Source: Camelus dromedarius | Lineage: Eukaryota | DNA: 64,000 nucleotides | Direction of reading: 5' to 3' | Assembly: GCF_036321535.1 (NCBI RefSeq) | Contig: NC_087436.1 | Span: forward strand, 63,428,001-63,492,000 | Part shown: piece after piece, positions 25,111 through 36,945 of the stretch | Layout of the letters: every line of letters begins with the position of its first letter | Numbering within the stretch: position 1 is the stretch's first letter | Notes under the pieces: generated by a model | What the model was told of the DNA's origin: nothing | Database searches by the model: none | What the model saw: only the letters and a program-made list of their open reading frames with translations | Program-made: the position numbers and the translations under genes

Positions 25111-25354
25111 GATTTTAAATTTATTTTGTTACCTTTCTTTATTGGAGAGTATCCTGGAATATTTGATTATTGTATTTATTTGGCTGTGGTTCTCTCTTAC
25201 TCATTTAACTAAACGACAGAGAAATAAATTTGCAGAAGACTGTTAACGTTTAGGCCACTAACTTCTTAACTGTATTGTGTTACAATTTCATTTACCTGAG
25301 GTAGAGGGTAAACAGGAAAGCTATTCATTTAGACTGAATTATGACCTCCCAAAG

Positions 25355-26100
25355 ATATCTGTGTTCCTTGTCATGTGTAGTCACTGATGTCTCTGCTCCA
25401 TTAACTTAGTGGTCAGCTAATAATCGGACAGATATTATTATACGCCTGGAATGAAAACATTTCCCAGTCTTTGTAGTCTGCAAATGTGTTGTGTGTACAC
25501 CTTCAACGCACAGGCAGGCAGTTTACAACTCTACTTTAGTCTTCAAGTGTTGCTTGCAGAGAGCCTCAAGGTTGGATAGAGGTGAATGCTTAGGATCTTA
25601 TGTCTTTCCTGAGCATACACAGGGTATGCATGTGGCTCTCTAGATTCCCAGGAATATGTCAGTTTTTCAAAGTCCATATTCCGCCAAAGCATTTCATTCC
25701 TAGTCTTTTCTTCCAAGATTCTTAGTCTTTGCCAAAATTTCTATCCACTGCCTTAGTGATTAAACTGTCTACCTGCAAATGTTTTGACAAATGTCTCACA
25801 GATAATGATTTGGTGCAAGATGAGTTCTAAATCAGGGAATATAATTACTTTCAACTGTATTTCTAAGATGGGAAGTCAGGAAAGGGACTAGTATAAGTTA
25901 ACATGCTAACAAGTCTTACTGTTCTTGCAGAGATTCAGCCATTTTTCTTGAACAAGCACTTGGCAAATTGCTGCAAGCTTTTGATTAGTTTCCAGAGTTC
26001 CAAAAAAGTTGACTTTTGCAGTTTTTGCTAATTTTTTCATTGCCTCTATGGAGAGGCAGATATTTGCATTCCCTCACTCTGCCATTTTTGCTGACATCCT
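25355..26100 (-). mobile_element. LINE-1 5' end (L1MD/MC-like)
   Basis: 'agtcactgatgtctctgctcc', 'gcagtttacaactct', 'ctctagattcccaggaatatgtcag', 'gagattcagccatttttcttgaa', 'cctcactctgccattttt' match old L1M 5' ends as I recall them. Confidence 0.7.
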
Positions 26101-26137
26101 TCATTTATTTTTTGTTTGCTTTTGTTTCTTTTTCCTA

Positions 26138-26356
26138 CAGTTGACCCTTGAAAAATACAGGTTTGAACTGTGCAGGTCCACTTTTACTCAGATTTTTTTT
26201 TCACCAAGTACATACTACAGTACTACACAGTCCATGGTTGGTTGAATCTGCAGATACAGAACGACAGATATGGAGGGCCAACTGTAAAGTCATATGCAGA
26301 TTTTTCTCTGTGTAGAGGGTCAGAGCCCCATAACCCCCAAGTTCATGGGTCAACTG
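26138..26356. mobile_element. Tigger2-derived MITE (MER8/Tigger2a-like)
   Basis: TIRs CAGTTGACCCTTGAA (from 26138) and TTCATGGGTCAACTG (to 26356); TA at 26136-26137; TA at 26360-26361 after an extra CTG. Confidence 0.92.
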
Positions 26357-27079
26357 CTGTATTAGCTCATTCTCAAATATGGCTCAAATTTTGAAAACAG
26401 AGGTGTATTGACTATTTTCTGTCCTCATTGTATTTTTGATCAATTGATGAAAGCTTTTGTCAAATTAATAACTTGTCATGTGCATCTTTCCTAACCCAGT
26501 TTCTAATGCCTAGCATTTTTTCACTTAATGTAGAAGTGCTGAATCTGTGTGTGATAGTAACATTCTCTTAATTTAAAAGTACAGTTTTTGGTGTTCTAAA
26601 ATCTGCATTTCTATGAGAATCCATTCTATTTCTTTCACATTCACCACTTAACCTGTTGAATTTAATCTTTAGTTAATAAACCTTGTCCAAGTTGGAATAT
26701 ATTTCTAGCTATAATCCCTGACCCAGTCACCTCTTAATGCCTTTTTACTTGCCAAAACTTGAAGTCTCTGAATAAATTAAAAGAGGTGTGAATTACTGGC
26801 AGATGAAAAATTCAGTGGTCACCAGAAAAAGCAATACCACATGAGAAGATGTTTCAGGGGCATCCAACTAAATATTTGACTTTTATCTGTCTCCCTTGTT
26901 TTGTCTTTGGTTTATTTCCTTTTTATCTTTTTTTTTTTTTGTAATCTCTGTTTTATTAAGAAGAGCATTCATGTGTCCTCAACTGTTTCTTTCCTTCTAG
27001 TTCCATTATTTTATGTATTTCACATAAATTTCTTGAAGATTTCATTACTAGGCTGATTTCAGATGGCACTTTTTGTTGT

Positions 27080-27620
27080 CTATTAGTCATTTGAGAAAGA
27101 ATAAGAGACTACTAGCCAAATGAAATTTTAACAAGTTTTTAAAATGGAAGCCGTCTGGTAAATCTGTAATTAATGTAGAGGCTGAAATTGAAAGAAAAAA
27201 GCAACAGGAAAACAACTTAGTAAAAAATTATGGTAGCTGTTCTAAAGAAAGATTCTAAGGTTGATGGATTTTAGCAACCAGGATCTTAGAAAGCAGACGT
27301 ATATGAGACAAAATTTAGGGTTGTACTGATGTGATTATTTGCTGATTAATTCTAAGTAGAAGATTGAGAACCGAGGACAGTATCAAAATTATAATCTGAA
27401 TAACTGAGTAAATGATGATTTTGTTGGGCAAGAGAAGAAATAAGGAATGACTAGCATGTTTCAATGGTAGAGAAGGAAATTGATGATTTTTATTCAGAAC
27501 ATCAGCTAGCAGAGAGAGTCTAGATCCGGAGATGGACTTGTAGTTAAAGTGTTGGTGGAAAAATAGTTTACTGAGCAAGAATGAAGACAGTGAGAAAAGA
27601 GACAGGAGGGAATTAGGAAA
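27080..27620 (-). mobile_element. L2 remnant
   Basis: 'gaataactgagtaaatgatgatt', 'agagagtctagatccggagatggacttgtagtt'. Confidence 0.5.
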
Positions 27621-28489
27621 GTGATCTTAAATACAGAAAGGCTCAACTAAGTTAACTCCTGACTTTACAATGCCTTATAGACCCATCCAAAAAAAAATTT
27701 AAAACAAGCAAAAATCCCAACACAAGTGATTAAAATACATTATACTGCTTTTGGTTTTCTCTTTGTTTTTTTCACTATGATATTTACTGTTCTGGGGTAA
27801 AACGAACAACTGTGCTATTGTGAAATAACTTTTGATATCTATAGTTGATATATCTGAATATCTTTTGTGGATATCAATTTTCTAAAATACTACTATTTTC
27901 CTCTAATTTACCTATATTCAGTTTCTTCCAGAAATGACTGGAGATGAGTTAATACCATCTATGCCCTATAATTTTCTTCATAAAACTTTTCCTTTAAGCT
28001 AAAACCCAGACCTCTTCAATTTTGTTTCAATCATCTTAAACCCTGAGAGCTGGATTTTTCTTCAGACAATTAAAAAGAAAAAAGATGATGGTTACGTTGT
28101 AGGAATATAAAGCCACACTGAAATGCAGAAGTCACAAGGTCAGGTAGGCTCAATAGCTAGTTTAGTGACTCCTCTCTTCACATTAGCCTAAAATTAAATT
28201 TGCTCTCATTTCCTTCCTTAACTGTTATGTGTTAATATACTAACCTTCTGGTAGATCAGCACATCATTGTAGAAGCTGCCAGTGTTAAACGCACGAATAC
28301 TGACTCTACTGTATTTGGTTCAAAATGTGCTCCTAATACCTAACTTGTATGTCAGATTTCTGGCTTATAGATTACCCACCCTTAAAACTGTCAAATCATA
28401 AGTTTGAAAATAAGCTAAAAATTATAAGCATTTACCAATGTTTAAATGAATTTGAATGAGAAAACTAGAGCAGAATAGGAAAGTTGTAA

Positions 28490-29030
28490 TTAATTCAAAG
28501 AACATTAATTCAGCATCTACTTTAGGTACTGCCAGACACTAAGGACACAATTGAACAAGGTCTAGGAAAAGATTAAATAATGTGAGCAGGGAATTAAAAA
28601 CAATGAGAGAAGTACCATGATAAGGAAGTACGGTCTTACTAGAGCCCACCAAAGAAATACTTAGGCTGGATTTAAGTTAGTGGGGAGAATTGGTAGTCAA
28701 GAAAGAACTCCCAGAAAAAAATCATATATAAATGAGGCTTGAAGAGTCCAGTCATAAAAATGAGTAGGAACAAAATCTACCTGAAAGAAAATACTACAAG
28801 GGAAAATCGGGATGCTATAAAGTCTTGTAGATTAAAGAAATGATAACATTTAGTTTATAACAGCATGCACACTTCTTGGGGGCTGTGTGTGTGCCAGAGG
28901 ACACAGAGCAGTTATTAGGAGCCCCATGCTGAGAAAGGTGGACCATCTGTGGGCAAAAATGGACCAAGCAGTAAAGTGACATGATCAGATTTAGGATTTA
29001 TTATGATTATTCTGACTATGGTACCAGATT
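28490..29030 (-). mobile_element. L2 3' remnant
   Basis: 'aacattaattcagcatctactttaggtactgccagacactaaggacacaa...aagtgacatgatcagatttaggattt...gattattctgact'. Confidence 0.6.
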
Positions 29031-29119
29031 CATACGGTATCAAATTTTTTTAAGACTTTCATTTTTCTAAAAATTAAATAGGTCAGAAATAAAATATGTC
29101 CCCTAATATTTTGATATAT

Positions 29120-29310
29120 GGAGTAGAAGGAGCATTGAACTGGGAATCTTAAGATATATCTTAAGTCCAGTTCTGCCATATACTAAATGTAGGTTTGGCC
29201 AAGTTATTTAATATCACTTTAAATATAAATCTATAAATTAAAAATATAAAAATTTTAATAATAGTGCCCATTCACAAAGTGGTTTAAATAGCAAGTGTTT
29301 GAAAATCAAT
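29120..29310 (+). mobile_element. MIR SINE
   Basis: 'gtagaaggagcattgaactgggaatc...agtccagttctgccatatactaaatgt...ttggccaagttatttaa'. Confidence 0.5.
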
Positions 29311-29929
29311 AGCTAACAAAACATTGACTATTTTTAGAAATATGACTATGAATAAAATATTTAAAATGCCTATCAAGAAAGATGAGCAATATATAGTTTC
29401 AAAAACTATAAATCTAAAGTGAAAAAGGAGAATATCTTCATATTTATGAATGAAAACTCTTGGAAGTAAAGATAATAAAGCTATTTAAATGAAATGAATT
29501 CATCAATCCTAATATATAGGTTAGAATCCATCTACTACATAAACTATAACCACTGACATTTTTCATTTATTAATTTTGTGTAACTTGTTGAAACTAGGAA
29601 GACTTCAATTACAGTTTAGATGTAGCTGTTAACATCAAATGTTTGCTTATAATGGCATTTATGTAGCAAAATTAGAATTATAATGAGATTTGTACCATAG
29701 GCATATGGTTCAAACCAATGTAACAAAAATTAAACTCATTTTTTATTTTTAAAATTAATTTTACTGTATCATAGGTACTCTGTAGTACCTTATTTTTAGA
29801 ATAAGCCAGAAGATAAATAGAAAAATCGTTATGGTCATTATCACTTACTGAATACCCGAAGGACAGTAACCATATATTCTAAGTGAGGTATAAACACTTA
29901 CAGTTCTTAACAACATTAAAAAAATGCAG

Positions 29930-30400
29930 GACAGAGTACAATAAAATGCCATTAAATAATACGGAAAATTAGGGAATAGAATAATACTTGAAGTAAAAGC
30001 GGGATGGAAAGTAAACTGAGTCCTATAGAATAAATTGAGCTTGAAATGCTTGAATGGCATCTATGAAATTTATGAGAAAATGTGTAACAGGCTTTTAGAA
30101 AGGCTGTCTGAGTTCAGGAATGGGCCGGGGCTAGAGGCATAGATTTTGGCATCAGCTACCTAAAGGTAATATTTGAAGTCTTGGGATTAAAAGAGCTTGC
30201 AAATGAAGGGAAGCCTACATTCAAAAGTTGGGAAGAGGAAAGGAGAGCAAGTGTGTAAGGTTGAAAAGGAATATCTAACAAAGAGAAGAACCAAGGAAAT
30301 CCAATGTCACAGAAATGAAAAGAAAAAAATTTCAGGAAGTATGAAATTGCTTCTTAGTGTGGAAAGTAGATTAAAAATAAAAAATTTAAAATGATTGTGA
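29930..30400 (-). mobile_element. L2 remnant
   Basis: 'ttgagcttgaaatgcttgaatggcatct', 'ctgagttcaggaatgggccggggctagaggcatagattttggcatcagc'. Confidence 0.6.
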
Positions 30401-30799
30401 AATGTCAACAAATAATTATTTTTAAAGAGGAAATTTTAGGGTTTAAGCCCAACATGAAACTAACAAACATACTGAAAAGAGAGTAGTTAAACTTTGGAAC
30501 GTGCAGAGTGAAGCAGACAGAGGAAGAAATCACCTTTCATATCAAAATCACAGAAAATCCACACATTCAGTGATATTTTATAAAAATTATTGAAGGAAGA
30601 AACAGAGGAATCTAGAGAAGCTTGGTTGAAAGACTGGTCTAAGTAATAGCAAGATATAAGGTGGCCAGCCTCTGTTTATGTGTATCCATCTACCATGAAT
30701 ACACCCATAAAATTACATTCTTCCCCTAGTAAAAATAATAGCTAATTTTCTAGAAGATTATTGTCCTTAGAAAGCACTCAATAAATGTTAGGTATTTTA

Positions 30800-31230
30800 T
30801 TATAGACAATTCTCTGGGTGCATTACACATATTTTCTCACTTAATCATCTCAAAACTCTCTGGGAGACAATATTATTGTCATCCTCATTTCATGGTTGAG
30901 GAAATTGAGGCTTGAAGAGTTTAGTATTGTCCAACAATTAATAATGGAGACATTCAGGAATCAGGACTTGAACTATTAATGGTTAATTTTCTGCTGCCTT
31001 CCTGATATACTTTTTGAGAAATTTACTGAGCTTTTTTAAAAAAAAAATCATGTCACAAAACTTTGGAATTAAGAAGCATTAACGTTTTTAAGTCTAATCC
31101 TTATGTTATAAATGAAGAAACTAAGGTCTAGAGTGGCTTGAACTTACCTAGGGCAGTAAGTACCTAGCCTGGAAGCACAGGACTGCTGATCTCAATTTGC
31201 TTCTCTTTAACTACTATTTGAACTTCTCAT
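30800..31230 (-). mobile_element. Two MIR-family remnants
   Basis: 'attattgtcatcctcatttcatggttgaggaaattgaggctt' and 'ttataaatgaagaaactaaggtctagag'. Confidence 0.55.
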
Positions 31231-34149
31231 AAACGATTATCTGAACTTTGAATCTTACTTGAAAATTTCACTGTTTACTAGAAAGTGAAAAAACTTTATA
31301 TGACTAATAATGCTAAAGTAAATATAGCTTGCAATTCTCCCTAATATTTCATTTTGCAGTTAGCATTTACCCATTTTATTGCTTACTGTCTGCATCTGTT
31401 TGTTTGGTTGTTATTTTCGTAGTGATTCTAGAGTTTGTGTATATGCTTTACCTAGATCGACAATGGCATTGAGAACCTTAGGTTTCAATTTTCCAGAAGA
31501 CAGAAGTTATATAGTGTAATAAGCTTTGTATTATTTACTTTAGCTCCAAGTTTAGAGCCAACTAATATGCTTTAAATGTTTAAAATAAATGACTTGGGTT
31601 GACACTGTTCTGTTCCTCTTAACTGGGGGATTTTAGGCAATTCATTTAACCATTCAACTGCCTTCTCTCTATAAAAAGAATGATAAAATAATAATATTAA
31701 CAATAAAATAATAATACTTCTATAGATTTTGCTATAAGAAAATAGGAAAAGGCATACTAAACAGTTCTGTGGAATGGAAAATACATTTCAATTTAACTGT
31801 CAAAATAGAAGAATGAAAGAGAGTGACAAGGAGCAGGAAATGGGAAGCATTTAAACATGGTGTTTTCTGTTCAAAAGATGTGCGCTGTGAGTTAACAATT
31901 TTACCTTAATGTCAGAGGCAAAGAAAATCATAGATTCTTAGAAATCAAAGGATAACAGATTATTTTGTCAGCTTTCTTCTTTTATAATTCAAAGAAATTT
32001 GAGAAACAAGTCCACCAGCCAAGGTCTTGCTAAATTGGAACTATAACTCTGGTATTGTGATTGCTATATATTGTATATTTATATATTAATGTTTATCTCT
32101 CATTTTCTCATAGAGGCAAATGAATAACACATTTAGTCTCAGTGTGTAAAAGGAAAACCAATGAATGATCATGGATTGTAACCCATTCAGTCATCAATTC
32201 AAATGACTGGTATGTTTAAAACATACTCCAGGCAATATACTAGCAGTGTCAGATAAAAGACATGTCACCCAGTACTAACTGAAAATTGCTGAGGATTATG
32301 GATTCCCTTGATAATGCAACATACAGTGATGCGAATCCTTGGTCCAAGTTCTGATAACCTGAAACACTACAATTCCATTCTGTGATTAATCACTGTCTAC
32401 CTTCCTAGTGCCCTTAGCAGCTTAAGAAGCATCAGTTGATACTTTGCCAGAGTTGACAGCATCCTCTCATCTGACACAAAACAAAGAAAAATGTGCTTCC
32501 CAGATGTATTAACGGCAACATCTGGTCCTATCAATGCAGGAAAAAACATAATCCTCTGAAAAGCAAATGCATAATAAGTACTCTAAGTCTGGTACATATC
32601 TCACATTGCAATATGACACGAGTTTCAGCTGTCTTCTGATTTGGCTGTAGTCTCTGATTTAAAGTTTGCCAGCTGCAATGAGAGTATTTGGAGGAGTCAA
32701 CCTGGGACCACAGATAAGTCATTCTAGGCTGAATGTTTGCTCTTGCTGAACATCAGGATCCTACAAGCCAATTCAGAATGAGAGAAAATGTCATTATGCT
32801 TAAAGAAGTTCAATTATAGATTCAAATGCATCTGCTATTCATCACTTTTAATCATTGTCATTGTCTGATAAGAGAACCAAAGAAAAGCTCAGTGTACTGC
32901 TGTGGGTCTCAGTCTCCAAAAACATTCAATTTGTCAACTCTTTCAGAGGGGAGAAAAATAGATCAAATGGCTTCCTGTGTGCCTTTTAATGACTTAAACT
33001 TGCTGAGAAATATGTTACGTAATGCTAAATAAATTCCACCTTCTTAAATAAATATTCTTAAAATTATTTTTGCTAAAGAAGTTCACATATCCTCAAAATG
33101 ATCACCTGTGAACTTCAGGATAAAGTTCAATGTTAATGTTATAATGTAAATGTTATATAAAATAAGGTAGTGATCTGAGAAATCTCTCAGAAGTGCAGTG
33201 CCCCATTAGTGATCCATTTTTATCTTGAAGAGCTGTTGAAGGGGCCAAAAATAATAAGAAATAATAAGGTAAACCAGATAGTTGTCATGAAAAAAATTTC
33301 CACAGATAGTTTTCAGCAGCTTTAGATTTGAATTATTTATTTTTTTTAAATATATTCTCTTGGGTAGGAGATTTAATATCTTAACTTATCTTACTCTAAT
33401 CATTTGTACTGGTTGCTGTCTACTTTATGTCTACCTGGTATCAGGCTCACAACAGAAATGAGAATTTTAATTGGTATAGAGAAGAAAGAAAAGTTAGTAA
33501 GTAGAATACCTGAAATCATAGCAACTCACTGACCAAACAACTATAGGAACATATGTTAAAACAAATCACTGAACCAAAAATATGTTAAATATTTTACCTA
33601 CTGTTTTAATTAGGCCATATGTTATTGATCAAAAACATGAAGTTTGCCCAGAACTTCATTGTTAAAACATGTTTAAATCAGCTTTGTTTTTTTTAGCTAA
33701 ATCTCAACAAAAAGAAATTTGAAAATTCCAGAAGAATGTTTGATACTTTAGTAAATCATCAGATTCAATAGTATGTACGTGAGGCCATTCATACACCCCA
33801 CTAATAGCTTACACAATTAACAAGAGGATCATGCTGTGAAAGAGAGTTTAAAAAACACAACTATTTTTTCCCCAAAGTTACTGCAGATTTTGCAAAACCT
33901 GATCTGTAAACATTTCTGTAAAATAAGGTACTGCATAAACCTGACAAAACGTTGAATTGTAGTTAAGATCATCATTCTAGAATAGAAATTACAAGTAAGA
34001 TAAAAATCACAAAATGACTTGCCTGAAGCAGTGGTGACCAGCATAATAATTGTGAACAGTTTGAGTCTATTTCACTTATTGATATGGAATCTAGGAAAAA
34101 AGAACTATCTTTTAGTATAGTTCTATTGTAATATATTTCTACAATATTA

Positions 34150-34340
34150 ACAGCTGCTAATTATTTGCTACGTATTACTTTTCAGGCATTTTCAGGCATT
34201 TTGCTGGATCTTTCCCATTTATAGATGAAGGAGCTAGAATAGATTGTTTATTTGTTCACTGTTCTATAGCTAGTAATTACTGTAACTGGGATTCAAATGA
34301 CTGTCTAAAATCTGAATCTTTCCTAAATTCATATTTCCTC
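34150..34340 (-). mobile_element. MIR SINE
   Basis: 'cccatttatagatgaaggagct...tagctagtaatt...ctgggattcaaa...ctgtctaa'. Confidence 0.55.
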
Positions 34341-34439
34341 ACTAGAGATCATGTTTGAATATAATCCGAAAGCATTTTTTCTAGATGTTTCACAGAGCAT
34401 TGTTTTGACCATCAAGGTAATGTTCACACCAAAAATATT

Positions 34440-34990
34440 TCATTATTACATTCACAATTTGTTCCTGCACTGAGTAATCAATACAATAGTAAAACCAAAA
34501 TACATGGAACTTCTCCACATGTACATTTTTCAGTTTCATTTGGCTTTTGCTTTTTAGTAGAAGAAACAGATTTCAACCAAATAGTTAAATAGATACACAA
34601 TTATAAATAGTGTAAGTGACGTAAAGGAAAAGAGCAGTTTAATTTGAGGGGAAATAGCAGGAAAAACTTGATTCAAGACTACGAACCCAGAAAAGATCAC
34701 TCTGAGTAAGTGACATTTAAACAAATACCTACTGGAAGAGCAGGGAAAGAGCCAAGGGAAGCGTGGATAAGGCAGTCTAGACAGAGGAGACCGTGGTTGT
34801 GAAACCCTTACCCTTGAGTTTGAAAGAAGCGGGCTATGTAATAAGTTAAAACAAAACAAAAATAAATTAAAAAAATGATAATAGATCACTTTAATGAAGG
34901 AGAGTTTATCAGGCAAGAGCACAGGGTCACTGTGCAACCATCCCTAACAGAGGTGTGGGAAGAGAGGGCAGGAAGTGAAGAGTGAGAGAC
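34440..34990 (-). mobile_element. L2 3' remnant
   Basis: 'cttctccacatgtacatttt', 'gatcactctgagtaagtgacatttaaacaaatacct', 'gggaagagagggcaggaagtgaagagtgagagacta'. Confidence 0.55.
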
Positions 34991-36945
34991 TATACATATG
35001 AATTCTTTATATTGAAACCATTTTGACAAAGCAAGACCATCATGTTATTTTTAGTTAGCAATCACTCTGTTTCACAATATGCAGTTAAAATTTCAAAGGC
35101 CATTATCAAACTAAGTATTATCCATGCCAAGCATATGGTACCAGTAAGCTTTTATAGTGTAAATTGATTTTAAGTATGTCAATGTAAGTTGGTTTGAATT
35201 TTTTTAATGGAGAATATAATTAAAATGTTTAATGTTTGCCTAAATAGGTCGACTTATTCTTAAAGCACATGCCTGTGATGATACATAAATAAAATTAATC
35301 AAATATGACTTAAAGTATCACACAGTCCACTCAAGACCAATCCTAGTAAAACAAATGAAGTTTGGGTTATAGTAATACCACTGACATTATATATAGACAT
35401 ATAAATGCAAATGGAGAAATACAACATGTATTGTGTAAATTCATACAATATATTCAGAATGTATTGGCAAAAAAAGAAAAGGCAGTCTACTACTTGTCTA
35501 AAACAAACAAACAAAAAACCCCCAAACTACACTAAGTAACAAAGATATTCTGTTTGTTAGAAATGTCAAAAAAAAGCTATGCAGAAAATACTGTATGACC
35601 CTGGCAGAGGGAATAAGGTAGATGAAAAAATTTAACAAAATGAATTAGCATCTTAATCACTAGAAGTAGAATTAAGAATTGAGACCTTTCTTTTGTGTCT
35701 GAATGAATTCAGAAATACCTTGAGGCAACTATTATCTTTCTGAAAAAGGTCTATTTTAGCATAGGTCAATTACATAGGAATGTCAACTAAAGCCCATACA
35801 CGTTTCATTGTGAAGACCGAAAATATCTTGGCTATAAATCATCACAAACATTCTAATATTTGGCAGTCAGTCAGGAGATTATTTTTGAAATAATGTTTTT
35901 CTTTGAAATGCTATAAAATAAATTAGTACATTTTTTGCATATTAATTATAATCTTTAACAACACAGCATATATTTTTCGGATTTGTATTTGTAATGGAAA
36001 TCACAATTTGTCATAACATGACTTCCTTAGTTTTATGGCCTTTAGCAGTCTCACTTATAACACATTCATAGACTGATTCTCCTTGAGCCCTCATGAATCT
36101 TGATTTTACAGCATAAGCACAAATGCAATAGACACGGTTCTCATTTAAATTATGTGAAATTGATACTGTGCTGCATTCAAACGCCAAAAGAAAGAATGTA
36201 TCCGGTCATGGCAGGAATGTTAGAAACAATGGAGACTGAAGCCTTTAAGAAAGAATGCTCTAGATTTTACCTTTTCACAAACTTGAGAAATATTTTCGAA
36301 GAGAATTCTGATACTGTCAGCGTACTTCTAACACTGGATTTTATTACAAAGCATAATGCAGCCTTCCGCGTGTGAGTTCACATAACTCACTGAAAGTACA
36401 GATGTTTTTAAATAGCCTATTTTTGCTAGAGATGGAAAGTTTGTTTTACGTGAAAGTGGTATTAAACTACCTTCTTCTGGGTCTTAGAAAAACCTATTTG
36501 CTTCTAACTTACTCCCCAATGACATTACTATATGTATCATTTCACAAGATAGAGACTCAAGCTGTGTAAATGTGAACAGTTTTCCAGGGATTAACAATGT
36601 ATATAGTTAATTCAGGGGAAAAAAAAATGCCTGTCAAGATTGACTTTTGAAATTGTTTAGAATGCTGCAAAAGAACTGGATTTTACTTTGCTGTTTCTCT
36701 TCTGCTATCAGAAAGTAACAATTAGTTACAAATGCTCTCCACTTAGAAGGACAAGCTTTGGTATTTCTGAGATTAAGGCCAAAAATGTACTCTGTAGTGT
36801 CTTCTAGTGATTTCTTCTTCAAGCCCATACCCAATCCTGATACGTCTAGTTGCTAGTATATTAACCATTTGTTTAATTGATGTTCAACCTTAGTTGGGCA
36901 TGTTTTCAGTTCTGCTTATAAGCAGAGTAATCCCAACCAAAACTG

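Noticed and set aside
33697..33770. 74-nt exon-like stretch (LNLNKKKFENSRRMFDTLVNHQIQ); similar 31-nt case at 3967-3997
   Set aside because: Splice-like signals of this quality are frequent in AT-rich introns, the peptides are unrecognised, and there is no further support.
34554..34937. Longest ORF in the window (127 aa)
   Set aside because: It is the Phe/Leu/Ser-rich translation of an L2 remnant and starts at a non-ATG codon.
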